A stretch of DNA of 63,720 bases, counting the filler, from Folioceros fuciformis (lineage: Eukaryota), in the NCBI GenBank assembly GCA_049999805.1. It is 7 parts of 7 records of this genome, joined end to end, with 100 filler letters (N's around TTAATTAATTAA, not from the genome) between each part and the next. Parts side by side here need not be neighbours in the genome. Positions count along the whole stretch, not along the records: positions 1 to 20,964 come from JBNGIO010001023.1; positions 21,065 to 31,927 come from JBNGIO010001025.1; 5 more parts are not named here. One strand, 5' to 3'. The notes under the pieces were generated by a model, which did no database searches, had not been told where the DNA came from, and worked only from the letters and a program-made list of their open reading frames with translations. Below are positions 11,891 through 23,832 of the stretch, one piece after another (within the stretch, counting starts at the first letter, position 1; every line of letters starts with the position of its first letter). Both the position numbers and the translations under genes were made by a program.

Positions 11891-12992
11891 CTGTAGAAGC
11901 CTGCCAGCTCATAATGCAGACAGAGCAAAAACCTTGAGAGGAACCGGAGCCCAGAACTGCATCCAGGTCGTCACAACTGACATTCCAGATCTTGGTTTCG
12001 ACAATAGCACTAGGGTGTCTTCCAAGGCCCTTCTCACAGATGTCTGACTATCACCTCGAATTGCCCGCACGTTCTGCACTGTGGCTTGCTCCCCACCAGA
12101 ATTCCCATCACAGCGTCCCAGAGACACATGACGGATTGGACAGGTTGGACAAAACGTGCGCGACCCTACAAGGTACGGCATCCTCAGCTGCCAAGGACGA
12201 AACGACTTGTTGTCGACAACGCAGAGTGCCAAGCTTGGGTGACATTCAAAGTGCATCTCTCTTTCGTTGTTTGCACCTTGGCCTGGACCGCTCAATTTCC
12301 GCATCCGAGCACCCACTTCATAGCCGAGTCAGTTAAACTGCTGATCTATGCAAGGAACCAGCGAAGCGGATGCAACGGTGTCCTCGGATTGCCTCAATCA
12401 GAACTCGCCATGTCGGTCTTTCCTGCCTGAATGTGACCCGGAAACAAGTGGTCTCGTTTCTGCACGCCGCGTGTGAATCCCGTCGACAGAATAGGCCATG
12501 CGTTCCCGAGCCTCAGCCTCGGAATTGATAATGGTTCGGGAGCCGGCTCGTCACCAGCCTCGGTACCTGGGCTGAGAGGCAGTATTCTCTGAGAAGCATG
12601 CCAAAGAGGCTGGGGTTTGTTGCTTGCCGTGTGGTCAAGGCTCCCGGCTCTCTGAACCTCGAATGTGGCGGCTGGGCGTGACCGGATCGTGCGCTCGAGT
12701 GGCGAAATTCGTACAGGATTGAACAGCTTTCACACGGCTCGCTTTCGACTTGGGACTTGCACCGCAGCCTCAGGAATTGGATCCAGAAGTGGAGCAGCGG
12801 GAATTCAAGCTGGATTCTTTTGGTGAAGCTGTTTTGTGGCACTATCTGATTGCACGCGGGGGCTAGCTGAAGGAATGCGACCTGGCAAGATCCGGGCTGT
12901 GCAAGTAGCTGAAATCGGCAGAGGTTGGATTAGAGGTGAAGGTTACGGAGTAGTTGCAGCTCTGGGTTGAGAGGACTCTAAGGCAAGAAGAC

Positions 12993-14448
12993 ATGGATTG
13001 GAGCAATGTGACGTTGGATGAGCTGGTGGATGCGCTGCAAGAGGTGGAGTGGTCGTCACCTCCCCGGCCCTTAGCAGAGTTTTTCGCTAAGTTCACGGTG
13101 CCGAAGTCTCGATCCAAATGGGAGGGGCGGCTCAAGTGTAACTTCTATTAGTAAGTGGATGCCGCATGTTTCTGGCGAGTGGTATTTCGCATATCCTGCT
13201 GATCCGGTTGTCGCCATGGGTTGCTGAGTTTGACGAGCTAGCGGAGTTGTTGAACTCCCAGACTGTAGGTGAGAGCGAAGTAATCTCGGATTGAGGATGC
13301 AAAACCCTAGATACTCGGACGGATATGGATAGGTAGTTGGTTATGTTTGCTTGACGATTTGGAGATGATTTTCATGGAGCTTGTGGGTCTTGCAGTTACC
13401 GAACAAATTACTTCATCTTAATCTCCTTGATTCTTGGTGAGCTTTCTGTCAAGTTGCCTCACGTACAGGGCTTGAAAGAGTAGGATGTCATGGAAATACT
13501 GTATAAGCTGTTATGTCCTATTGTCACTTGTAGATTTGTTTCTCAAGGCAAGCATGATGTGTTGTCCTTGAAGTTAATTATGTTCGGGTTGCAGGAATTG
13601 GTTTCGTGCGGAATCCTCTGGCACTTTTAGCTGTCTTTGTTGCTGGCCTCAGTGTCGCGTGCCTCAATGACAGGTGCGTACTAACCTGCTTAGATTTCTG
13701 AAAAGCCCTGATTCGTTCAGCCAGCAGTATGCCGGAAGTTTCTTCCTCAATGATTGTGTATGGTTTTTGCAGCTTTGCCGAGTCTCTAAGTGAAAAGCTT
13801 ACACGGGGTGTAAGGAGAATATCACCTCCATTGGCAGCGAAATTAAGGCCACCTGTAACGTAAGCACCGCACAGTTGGAAGCGGAGTGGTTCTCTGAATT
13901 AAAGCTGCGAACCAGTTCTGCAAACTGTGAGTTGCGAACAGCTGGGTCCCCTGCTGCCGTGTTCTGATACTTATTGACTCAACTGCAGGCCAGGAGTTCG
14001 GCGTCGACCCTCTAAAGGGATAGTTTACATCTGTGGGAAAGACCGCCGTATTATTGTAGGTGGCCTAACTTCTGGTAAGCTGATGGGCCCATGTGAGTTC
14101 AGGATTCGTCTGTCAGTTGCAATTTTAGTGCCATGCAGTACCAATTGGTGCTTCTATCGCTCGCTGAAAATTTGGCACTCTGCAGTGAGCATTGTGGTAT
14201 GGTTCCTGACTGGAGCGTACATCACTGTTCTAGGAGCAGCATCCTTCGGCATCGTCTGTGAGCACTAATTTCAGGCTGTCTCGCTTATCGTTTGTCACAT
14301 TCCTTTGCCGGCGTCGTTCTAATTTGTGCTCCCTCTCGTGGCAGTGTCTGGTCTCCACGCAAGTTTCCGCACTCCAAATCTGAAGGCCAGACTCAATTCT
14401 GTGCGTGAAGAGTTCAAAGCAGTGTGGAGGGGGTATAGTGATGCATAG
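12993..14448 (+). CDS. PRA1.A: PRA1 family protein (prenylated Rab acceptor), clade A, multi-exon
   Basis: Starts MDWSNVTLDELVDALQEVEWSSPPRPLAEFFAKFTVPKSRSKWEGRLKCNFYY|YRTNYF and ends HASFRTPNLKARLNSVREEFKAVWRGYSDA*; GT-AG introns. Confidence 0.9.
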
Positions 14449-14741
14449 TTAGAATTGTCGCATGTAATCTTAGAAGGGAAATGATGCCTGTACTGGACCT
14501 ATCCTTGCCGCCGAGGTTCAGCAGTACCGTGTCCGGGAGGCCATCGTCCAATAGGTTGGGATGAGGGTTTACGATAGAAACATTTTTGGTTGTCCTCGAG
14601 TACGGCTCTGTGGTCAGACGTATTCATAACCAGTTCTGTTTGTGCATTCATATTGGAACACTTGGCCCTGTTCCCAGTGCGGCCTGACGCTTGGGGGTTC
14701 TATGTACCATTCTCATTACTGAACGGATTTGACTACTGAAT

Positions 14742-15643
14742 TTACTCGTGCATGTAGATGCGAGAGCCAATATCTGTAACAAGCCAGTCGAAGCCATCCA
14801 ACAAGCCATGTCCAGTCATGGCGCTGCATCCTAATATATGCCAGTGTCGGGTGTTATCCATCAACTCCAGCCTCAGAACCTGCAAAACAAACTCAAGATT
14901 TTGGTGCTTACTCAAAAGCAGAACTAGCTGCCCCCCGTTTTACCTGTCGGTTAGTAAGCTTCTCATCACGTCCTACCTTGGCAATCTCCTCCACTGTCAA
15001 TGCCCCGTCGATATCTTGCTTGTTCGCCAGAATAAGTAGGGAGGCTCCTGTAAGTCTCTGCACATATTGCACGCAAGCTTGCACGCTTACTAACAACTCC
15101 TCGTTTGATGTTTGCATGAGAGATCGAATGTGGAAAAACAACCTCCTCCTTGAGCAGAGAATGGAGCTCATTTCGGCAGTCATCCAGCCTCCTGAGGTCC
15201 GAACTATCCACCACCCACACCATCCCATCCGTTTGCTCGTAGTAGTTCCTCCAGTAGGCCCGCAGAGTCTTCTGCCCCCCGACATCCCAGATATTGAGCT
15301 TGTAGCTGCAGTTTGAAAATTCCCCACCCAATTACTCTCTGCCGCATTTTATTCAAGATGCCCGGAAGGTGCGGAATCCTCACTTTTTGTACTGCATGGT
15401 CTTGATGTTGAATCCCAGGGTCGGGCTGATGCTGCTTGCGTCCTCGCCGTTGATCCTTTTGACGATCGTGGTCTTGCCCGCGTTGTCCAAACCCCTGCGT
15501 CAGGATCGCATTGTGAGCTTCGGAGCTTGACGAGGCTGGCTCAGCCCCAGGCACAGGAGGATCCTGGCACTTGCTTACACCATGAGAACGCGCATCTCCT
15601 TTTCCTTCTTCTTCACCTTCCTGATGATCGTGAGCAGCCCCAT
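14742..15643 (-). CDS. ARL2: ADP-ribosylation factor-like GTPase 2 (TITAN5 homologue), 5 exons
   Basis: [61 protein letters not shown], ending [10 protein letters not shown]; splice phases are consistent. Confidence 0.95.
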
Positions 15644-15798
15644 TTGATCCTAACTAGCCCGCCCACGCTAACACGTCACAACAGGATTGCCAGCCTTAGC
15701 GGCAAGCATTGCTCGTTTCAGAGCTGTCGGGTGCGACACTTGGAAGCTCCAGCAATGGCAGAGGGCCCAACTGAAAGAAACTGCCTGTAGAATCGCGA

Positions 15799-15807
15799 TT
15801 AGGGTTT
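15799..15807 (-). promoter_or_regulatory. Telo-box (AAACCCTAA) about 160 bp upstream of ARL2
   Basis: TTAGGGTTT on the + strand in the divergent ARL2/PPR intergenic region; function inferred only. Confidence 0.4.
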
Positions 15808-15880
15808 ACATCTTGGGACAGTTCCATGGAGGCAAAATGGGAGCACGCGTCTCTGATCTGTCGAAGCTGTCGGTAAGTTT

Positions 15881-15933
15881 GTGACTTCTATCGGATTTTG
15901 AAGTGACTTCTATCGGATTTTGAAGTGACTTCT
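15881..15933. repeat. 22-bp tandem repeat GTGACTTCTATCGGATTTTGAA, about 2.4 copies
   Basis: Read directly from the sequence. Confidence 0.9.
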
Positions 15934-16717
15934 GTCATGCAACTTAGCTGATCTTGTGCTGTCAGAATGCAGGCTGCGGGAGGGGCCGGCACCTCTTAGA
16001 TTCCAGCTGCTTCATGGCCAAGCGTGTGACAGGGGGAAGGAGGCGGGCTTGTCGTGGTCAAGAGCTCTTGCAATGGCCTTGGGCCGGTTTGACTGTTCTG
16101 GTAAACAGATGCAATCAGAGGGTGTGTCTTGTTGCTTTTGCGAAAGGTCGGCCATTTTCTGCTCTTGCGACTTCAACAGTAGAGGACGGTATGTCTGCCG
16201 TGCATTCCAGATGAGCAGTCATTCTGCACGGATTGTCAATTCAGACGGAAGATCTGACTGTCTGTTGGTGTTTAGTCTCAGGACATCAGCCTTGCCCCAA
16301 GGGTGAAATGCGGTGGCACAAGTACTTTATGAATCCTCATCTGTGGTGGGACAACAGGGCAGCAAAGGTACTTTGCACGTCGCCTGGCACTACTCAGTGG
16401 TTCCAATGAATTGGTGCCTTTGTCACATTTTTGTTTGGTTGTTGCAGAAGAGCTCAACGGATCCCGACTTCCAGCACAGGACTACCGGGGAAGCTCTGTG
16501 GGTCGAAAGTCAATGGACACCCACTTGGGTACGTCCGAAGTTAGCCAAAGTCTGGCTCAATGGTTGGTCCTTAGCTCCTGGACTGGCCGCTTTCCGAGCA
16601 GAGACTGATGTAGGCGCACAATTCCCATCTAGTAGTGCCTCTTTGAAGTCTCCAAGGTATGCAGGCAGGGCTGAACTGGTCACACACAACCTGGTCCGGT
16701 TGGAAGGTGTCTAATTC

Positions 16718-19408
16718 TTGTTTGCAGTATCATCAATGGGATCTGAAAGGCTTGGGTTAAGTATGTCGCTGATTGAGCAGACATTTCAATGTAGGGATGC
16801 TAAGGAGTTCAGGAGACTTTGTGAAGAGGGGTTCTTGGGGCAGGCGCTTGAGAAGTTAGAGGATTTAGATGTCAAGAGCTTTGGGGATCCCATCAGCCTC
16901 TACAGCTCTATTATTAAGGAGTGTTGCAAGCGTCGTGCCCTGGTGGAAGGAAAGCGGTTGTTTGAACTTATTCTCAGCAGTGATTATGCTTCAAGCGTTA
17001 CTCTGGGTAATTGCATGATAGAAATGTTTGTCAAGTGTGCAAGTCTTAATGATGCACGCAAAGTATTCGACCGGTTACCAAGGAGAGAGGTATCGTCTTG
17101 GAACACATTGCTGTTGGGGTATGTCGACAATGAACTTGGTGAAGAGGCTCTTGAATTCTTTGAGGAGATGCTAGAGAATGGACTGCCACCAAATAGACAC
17201 ACCTTTGTGGGTGTGCTTCGAGCATGTATCGGTTTGTCAGCTGTAACTGAAGGCACGCTCGTTCATGCTCTTATTCTTGATGCTGGTTTGGAAGCAGATG
17301 CCGCTGTAGGGAAAGCCCTTGTCCATATGTATTTGAAGTTGGGAAATTGGAGAAGTGCTCATGAAGTTTTTGGTAAGCTATCACAGCGGGACGTAGTTAC
17401 CTATAATGCTATGATTCAAGGATGCATGCAAGCCAGTCACAGTGAGGATGCATTTGTTCTTCTTGGGCAAATGGTACAAGAGGGTTTGGACCCAGATGGT
17501 GTGACATTTACGAACATGTTGAAAGGATGTGCAAACCTGGCAGCTCTGGAGCGAGGCAAATTGGTTCATGCCCTGATAATGAGAAGCGGGGTACAGGTCG
17601 ACAAACTCGTGGGGACAACCTTAGTTGACATGTATTCAAAATGCAGAGAAATGGAGGATGCATTTGAAGTTTTCAGCAACTTGCCCACTCTTGATGTTGT
17701 GGCATGGAATTCCCTTATAGCAGGTTATGTGCGGAATGGAGATGCGACTCGTCCGTTATCGCTTTTCGAGAAAATGCGCCAAGAAGGGATCAATCCAAAC
17801 AGAATTACGTACCTCAGTGTTCTTAAAGCATTCAACTGTTCCAAGCATCTGAAGGAAGCTAAGGAGATTCATGCGGACGTGGTGCGAAATGGATTAGATA
17901 CAGATGTAGCTCTGGGGAGTTCTGTCGTTGACATGTTTGTACGATGTGGGAGTATGAGAGATGCTCGCCAAGTTTTCCAGAATCTACCTGAACGGAATGT
18001 AGCGGCGTGGAATAGTTTAATTTGTGGTTATTCCCAGGCCGGACTGGCAGAGGAGGCTCTGATATTGATCAAGGAAATGCTCGCTGCGGGTCAGAAGTGG
18101 GACAAAGTAGCCTTCGGTGTTACCCTGAACGCTTGTTCCACTTTGGAGGCTTTGGAGTATGGCAGGCTGGTGCATCATCTCGTTAGGACTGAAAGTGACT
18201 GTGAGGCCGATTCGTTTGTCGGCTCCACACTAGTGGATATGTACATGAGCTGTGGAAGTGTGGCAAATGCTTGTCACGTGTTTGAACGGTTACTAGTGCG
18301 AGATGTTGTGTCATGGGGTACAATGTTGGCAGGGTACGTAGAGTTTGGGAATAGTGAGACTGCCCTGAGAGCATTTGAGGAGATGCAGCAAGAGGGTGTG
18401 AATCCTGATCTGGTCACATTTGTCAGCGTTATAAAAGCTTGTGCCACTTTAGCAGATTTGAAGCAGGGAAAACGCGTTCACCTTCTGGCCATCAAAAGAG
18501 GCTACCAAAACGACACTATACTGGGGAACAGCTTGATAGATATGTATTCTAAATGTGGTTGCCTTGAAACTGCACGTGAATTGTTCACTGAGCTACCTGA
18601 CAAAAGTTTAGTCTCCTGGAATGCAATGCTCACAGGATATGCCCAGCACGGACAAGGTGTGGAAGCTCTCAACCTGTTCAGAGAGATGCAACACGAGCAA
18701 GTGATACCCGACTCAGTGACGTTTGTAGCCGTGCTCTCTGCATGCAGCCACGCTGGCCTGGTGGACGAAGGCCTTCAGTACTTCAAATCCATGACTGAGG
18801 ACTATGACCTTGCACCGTCCATGCAGCACTACGCAGGCATTGTGGACCTTTTGAGTCGTGCTGGAAGGCTGGATGTTGCAGAGGCAACTGTGGGGGCAAT
18901 GCCTTTCGAGCCTGATGCGGTGATTTGGCTGACCTTGCTCGGAGCGTGCCGAAAATACTGCAACGTCGAGGTGGGAAGGCGTGCTTTTGAGCATGTTATG
19001 CGCTTGGAACCCGGAAATGCTGCTGCATATATGCTGCTTGTACAACTTCTCTCTGAACAAAATAGGTGGGCCGAGGTTGCAGAGATCAAGAGACGGATGA
19101 GGGACGCCGGTGTGGAGAAGAAGCAGCCCGGGTGTAGTTGGATTGAGGCCAATAACGAGATGCATACTTTTGTCTGTGATGACATCTGCCACCCCGATAG
19201 GAAGCAAATCTATGCTGCGTTGGAGCGTATCCGCAAAATGGTGAGAATTAAAAGATACGACATCGCCTTATTTACTGTTCTGGAAGATGACGCAAATTCC
19301 ACAGGGACGTCAACCATGACTACCTCAACGCAGCAGGCAGGATTCAAGACAAACACAAATCATATGATTGTACCCAAATCCACCAGGCGGCAAACGTCCT
19401 ATATCTGA
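16718..19408 (+). CDS. PLS-class PPR protein of E+ type (PG box present, deaminase domain absent)
   Basis: PLS repeats, E domains and KKQPGCSWIEANNEMHTFV...HPDRKQIY, then unrelated sequence with no HxE/CxxC. The start is uncertain because the ORF begins at TTG. Confidence 0.92.
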   Translation: MFAVSSMGSERLGLSMSLIEQTFQCRDAKEFRRLCEEGFLGQALEKLEDLDVKSFGDPISLYSSIIKECCKRRALVEGKRLFELILSSDYASSVTLGNCMIEMFVKCASLNDARKVFDRLPRREVSSWNTLLLGYVDNELGEEALEFFEEMLENGLPPNRHTFVGVLRACIGLSAVTEGTLVHALILDAGLEADAAVGKALVHMYLKLGNWRSAHEVFGKLSQRDVVTYNAMIQGCMQASHSEDAFVLLGQMVQEGLDPDGVTFTNMLKGCANLAALERGKLVHALIMRSGVQVDKLVGTTLVDMYSKCREMEDAFEVFSNLPTLDVVAWNSLIAGYVRNGDATRPLSLFEKMRQEGINPNRITYLSVLKAFNCSKHLKEAKEIHADVVRNGLDTDVALGSSVVDMFVRCGSMRDARQVFQNLPERNVAAWNSLICGYSQAGLAEEALILIKEMLAAGQKWDKVAFGVTLNACSTLEALEYGRLVHHLVRTESDCEADSFVGSTLVDMYMSCGSVANACHVFERLLVRDVVSWGTMLAGYVEFGNSETALRAFEEMQQEGVNPDLVTFVSVIKACATLADLKQGKRVHLLAIKRGYQNDTILGNSLIDMYSKCGCLETARELFTELPDKSLVSWNAMLTGYAQHGQGVEALNLFREMQHEQVIPDSVTFVAVLSACSHAGLVDEGLQYFKSMTEDYDLAPSMQHYAGIVDLLSRAGRLDVAEATVGAMPFEPDAVIWLTLLGACRKYCNVEVGRRAFEHVMRLEPGNAAAYMLLVQLLSEQNRWAEVAEIKRRMRDAGVEKKQPGCSWIEANNEMHTFVCDDICHPDRKQIYAALERIRKMVRIKRYDIALFTVLEDDANSTGTSTMTTSTQQAGFKTNTNHMIVPKSTRRQTSYI

Positions 19409-19518
19409 GCTGCAGGAGGAAACTTGTGTCCCAACCCACGTAGCAAGCACAACAAACACGTCCGGAGAAGAATGTCGGACACGACGTCCTGGGGATGCAG
19501 ACGGAGCAGCGCTCTCGT

Positions 19519-20964
19519 CTAGGCTGCTGCGTGATTACAAGCAAGTGCCGGCTCGTCCAAAACCTTAGTGGCCGCCAGGACATGTTTCTCCTCCCACTCT
19601 TGGACCATGGCCTTGGTCAGCACAGGGTAATTTCCGGAGAAACAGGCATCACAGAATGTGGGAGCTTCATCCCCCAGCATGGCCCTCAACCTCCTCAAAG
19701 GCAGGAAAGCCAAAGAGTCGGCTTCCACTTCCTTCCTGGTGTCCTCAATGTTCAGCCTGAAGGAGATGAGCTCTTCACGACTGGGCGTATCCACTCCATA
19801 GTAACAAGACCCTATTATGGGAGGACTAGCTATTCGCATGTGGACCTCAGTCGCACCCGCCTCTCGGATCAGCCTCACTATCTTGGAAGAGGTGGTTCCC
19901 CGGACAATGGAATCATCCACAACCACCACCCTCTTCCCCTTAAGCACAGCCTGCACAGGAGCCAGCTTTAACTTAACCCCGAAGTCCCGAATCTTCTGCG
20001 ACGGCTCAATGAAGGTCCGTCCAACATAGTGCGACCTAATAAGCCCCTGTTGGAATGGCACCTTAACCTTAGAGGCATACCCCAGAGCTGCAACGACCCC
20101 GGAATCAGGAACAGCGATGACAACATCACACTCCACAGGAGCCTCTTCAGCGAGAATCTCCCCGAACGTGTACCTGGACTGGTACACAGACCGGCCGAAC
20201 ACTATGGAGTTGGGCATCGCGAAGTAGATATGTTCGAAGATGCAGGCCTTCCTCTCTCTCCGGGGCATGAGACAAAGGGAACTGATCCCATCCTTATCTA
20301 CCACCACAACTTCTCCGGGATTCACCTCCCTCTCATACGTGGCTTCAATCAGGTCAAGGGCGCACGTCTCGGACGCGAAGACGACAGCCCCGTTGTCCCG
20401 ACGCCCCATAACGAGCGGGCGGAAGCCATAGGGATCCCGCACTGCCACGAGCTTGTCCTCCGTGAGGAAGACGAGGGAATAGGCCCCCTCCAGCTGCTCG
20501 CAAGCGTCTACGAGCCTGGCGATGAAAGGTCGTGCTTTCGTGGTGGCGATTAGGTGCAGCACAACCTCGGTGTCGGAGGAGGTATTGAAGATGGACCCAT
20601 TCTCCTCCAGCATCGCCCGCAGCTCCTTGTAGTTAACAATGTTCCCGTTGTGAGCCACAGCCAGCTGCCCGAACCTGTACCCCGCCATGAAAGGCTGCAC
20701 GTTCTTTACCACGGACCCCCCCGCCGTGGCGTACCTGCAGTGCCCGATGGCCGCGGTTCCCGGGAGCTTTGCGAGGCGGGATTGGTTGAACACCTCCGAC
20801 ACCAGACCCATGCCCGTCAACGACTGCAGGACCCCGTCGTGCGACGCCACCATGCCCGCCCCTTCCTGCCCCCGGTGCTGCAGTGTGTGCAGCGCCAGGA
20901 AGCACAGCCTGCTGGCCTCCGGTTCCCCAAAGATCCCCACCACCCCGCATTCCTCCCGCACCCT
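19519..20964 (-). CDS. ASE: Amidophosphoribosyltransferase (PurF/ATase); transit peptide region lost in gap
   Basis: REECGVVG (N-terminal catalytic Cys after processing), LQHRGQE, HNGN, CIFEHIYF, PRPP loop VVVVDDSIVRGTTS, FCDACFSG; no introns in the visible part. Confidence 0.96.
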   Translation of the reverse strand, partial: RVREECGVVGIFGEPEASRLCFLALHTLQHRGQEGAGMVASHDGVLQSLTGMGLVSEVFNQSRLAKLPGTAAIGHCRYATAGGSVVKNVQPFMAGYRFGQLAVAHNGNIVNYKELRAMLEENGSIFNTSSDTEVVLHLIATTKARPFIARLVDACEQLEGAYSLVFLTEDKLVAVRDPYGFRPLVMGRRDNGAVVFASETCALDLIEATYEREVNPGEVVVVDKDGISSLCLMPRRERKACIFEHIYFAMPNSIVFGRSVYQSRYTFGEILAEEAPVECDVVIAVPDSGVVAALGYASKVKVPFQQGLIRSHYVGRTFIEPSQKIRDFGVKLKLAPVQAVLKGKRVVVVDDSIVRGTTSSKIVRLIREAGATEVHMRIASPPIIGSCYYGVDTPSREELISFRLNIEDTRKEVEADSLAFLPLRRLRAMLGDEAPTFCDACFSGNYPVLTKAMVQEWEEKHVLAATKVLDEPALACNHAAA

Positions 20965-21064
20965 NNNNNNNNNNNNNNNNNNNNNNNNNNNNNNNNNNNN
21001 NNNNNNNNTTAATTAATTAANNNNNNNNNNNNNNNNNNNNNNNNNNNNNNNNNNNNNNNNNNNN
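20965..21064. other. Artificial gap spacer 1
   Basis: 44 N + TTAATTAATTAA (stops in all six frames) + 44 N, identical at six places in the window. Confidence 0.98.
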
Positions 21065-21066
21065 GT

Positions 21067-22215
21067 ACCGGGGGGCCTGCTCCTGGCGGGGGCCTGGGCC
21101 GGGATGGGAGGCCTGGCGGAGCTTTCCAGCCGCCGTATCCGAGCCACAGGGAAGTGCCGTATGTCTCCACTTCCATGCAGCTGGGTGTGTCGTCCAGCAG
21201 CTATTTGCAGGGCCCGGAGCAAGAGGAGAGCCAGGGACAGGCTCAGGGTGCCACGCAGGCTCAGGCCCAGGGCCCAGGCCAAGGCCAAGGTCAGAGCCAG
21301 GGCCAAAGCCAGGGCCAAGGCCAAGGCCAAGGAGGCCAGAGAGATAGTCAGGCGGACGCTGACGGCCGATCTGAGCAAAGCACCATACCGCACGCCAACC
21401 TCGCTTATTCCTCTTACGACCGCCGCCCCGAGTCCAGCAGCTACGGGGGCCCGGCTGACAGTAGCAAGGCGGGAAGCGGAAGTGCTCTGAAGAAAGCCAG
21501 GAAGATGACTGACGCGGACTCTGAGGATGGGGATTCTGGTGGCGGTCCGGAGAATAGCAATGAGGAGCCCAATGCGCGTACTTTGAAACGTCCCAGACTG
21601 GTGTGGACTCCTCAGCTGCACAAGCGCTTTGTGGACGCCGTGGGCCACCTGGGTATCAAGAATGCTGTCCCAAAGAATATCATGCAGCTGATGAATGTTG
21701 AAGGGCTGACACGGGAGAACGTGGCGAGTCATTTGCAGAAGTATAGATTGTATCTCAAGCGTATGTCGGGTGTCCCTACGGAGGGTCCCGGCGCCAACGA
21801 TCAGCTTTTTGCCTCCACTCCCCTGCCGCCCAATCTGGGTTCCCCTCTCTTTATGGCTAACCACAGAGAAGATGTGCCCCCTCCAGGATTCCCTCCCGGT
21901 ATTGGGATGCCCACCCACATGGGATTGGGCCCGACTTTGAGCATGGGGCCCTATGGTAGCTATGAGCCTCATCATTTTGGAGGGTTTGCCAGAGTGCCTA
22001 CCCAAAGATCACCCAGTGGAGATCACAGTCATAGTCACTACAGCCTTAGCCAGAATCACCACCTGAACCATAGCCACAATCATGCTCAGAGTTCCCTTCA
22101 CAACCAAAGCCACCGAGAGCATAGAGACCACAGAGAATTTGTAGTAGATAGCCACAGCCAGCCTAGTTCCCCACCTCGGCGTATCCTCACGCTCTTCCCT
22201 ACCAGCAGTCATTAG
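21067..22215 (+). CDS. LUX: LUX ARRHYTHMO/PCL1-like GARP MYB transcription factor, 5'-truncated by gap
   Basis: [64 protein letters not shown] followed by DQLFASTP; the frame is open back to the gap; contains a (QG/QS)n tract. Confidence 0.93.
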   Translation, partial: TGGPAPGGGLGRDGRPGGAFQPPYPSHREVPYVSTSMQLGVSSSSYLQGPEQEESQGQAQGATQAQAQGPGQGQGQSQGQSQGQGQGQGGQRDSQADADGRSEQSTIPHANLAYSSYDRRPESSSYGGPADSSKAGSGSALKKARKMTDADSEDGDSGGGPENSNEEPNARTLKRPRLVWTPQLHKRFVDAVGHLGIKNAVPKNIMQLMNVEGLTRENVASHLQKYRLYLKRMSGVPTEGPGANDQLFASTPLPPNLGSPLFMANHREDVPPPGFPPGIGMPTHMGLGPTLSMGPYGSYEPHHFGGFARVPTQRSPSGDHSHSHYSLSQNHHLNHSHNHAQSSLHNQSHREHRDHREFVVDSHSQPSSPPRRILTLFPTSSH

Positions 22216-23804
22216 GGTTTTCCTTGAACGAGTTGGCGGGGGAAAGTAGGAAGATGGGGTGTTTTGAGGGTTGAATCGGATTGGAGGATTCGTCTATTGC
22301 CTTTGTATACTTACAAACGATCGAAGACCAACTCGTTTTCATCTTCCTCCAATCCTGCTGCCTGCTGCCGTTCTTATTCTGGGACTTATTCTGTGTCGCT
22401 AGTCTTTGTACCAAGAATGGTCCCTTGGCACTTCGCCTCAGGCGCTTGAGATGTTAGCTGAGAGACTGAAGAGGGAGAAGGGGTTGTCTCTTCAGCCTTC
22501 TCTTAGAGTGATTTCTGCAGATGTAACACTTTCAGCCTTAAATTAGTGAGTGTGGGGGGAGGCACAGCATGGCGATGCTAGGCTTTCAGATGGACCAACC
22601 TTTAGCGTTTCTTCAGTGCCTTTTTAGCTTTTTTAGATTGTGGCAGGTGGCTCTGTTTCGGGCTCTAGTGTGCTGAAGGAGAGCTCACAATTCATGTGCT
22701 GACATTCCTTGTCAGCCCTTCTCATCCAACTGCTGTAGGGCACCCATGCAGCACATGCTGACAAAACTTGGGTTAGGCCAGCGCTGGAGTGAGATTTTTT
22801 TTCCTCAACAGACACAGTAGAGTGCGCTTCACTGCGATTGAGGGCCACACTATTTGGACTTTCGGTGGTAGCACTAGTCTCTGACAGCAACTGCACTCTT
22901 CATCAGGAAGGAGTTCTCCTATCTGGGTTTGTATATATTGTGCAAGCGCGGTCGGACGGCAGGGAGAGCGGCACTTCTGCATAGCACAGGCTCAGAACTA
23001 GTTAAGCGCCGAACTGGGAAGTGGACGTTGAATTATTGTCAAGGCTTGACATTTGCTCTATGCACACCAGTCATTGTCTTTGGCCTTCAACATGTGGGAA
23101 CAAATTTTCACGGGAGCTATGCTGCTGAGCTACATCCAGCGTGAGTCACAGACGTTGTATCTCGTGAGCAGAAATACATCTTCTGAGTTTTGCGTACTTT
23201 GGTTTGCTGTTGCAGTGTGTTGGGTAGCCAGTTGCATAGAAGGGATGGAATCCATTGCTGTTTGCCCGTGGTTCTACAGAATGATGCCCTTTGTCCATGT
23301 TGGCCTCAGTTGCAAGTTTGTCATTGCAGAGTGTAGCTTGTCACCTCTCTGTTTGACATATCTTGCTGGGTGGTCTAGTTATCGTATTGAACATTCTTCG
23401 TATTGCTTGTATACAGGGAGACGAAGGCTGTGCGCAGCAATGACAGAGACTTGAGGACCAAGTGTTTGGGAGATCGTGGAACGCTTAGGACGTGGTTGGA
23501 TTAGAGCATTGTGGTTGGGAAAAGGTGCTATGGATACTGTCCCCCCGGTAGTCATCTCGAAGACGCTGTTGTGTGTGCTAGGGTAGTTATCTGGGGTCGT
23601 TGTCTGTCACGGAGGAACACGATGGTTGTCCTTCCAATATTTGTCTGCCACCCTTGGGAGATTTGACTGTGCTAAAGTGTTGTTGGCTGTGAAATCGGCG
23701 AACTGTGGATGTGGGCCAAGCGCAGCAACTCGACTGGTTCTCAATGGTGATTTTGAAACCGAAAACTCTCGGGAGTAGAGCCCCTCCTGTTCCTGTTCTA
23801 CACT

Positions 23805-23832
23805 ACCCCACTCCACTCCACTCCACTCCACT
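23805..23832. repeat. (CCACT)n pentanucleotide microsatellite
   Basis: About five copies read directly. Confidence 0.8.

Noticed and set aside
20965..21064. TTAATTAATTAA palindrome recurring six times, as a biological repeat or recombination site
   Set aside because: It is always centred in exactly 44+44 N and gives stops in all six frames, so it is an assembly spacer.
21013..22005. 330-aa antisense ORF over LUX with an (LA)n run
   Set aside because: It is the reverse complement of the QG repeat in the LUX coding sequence.
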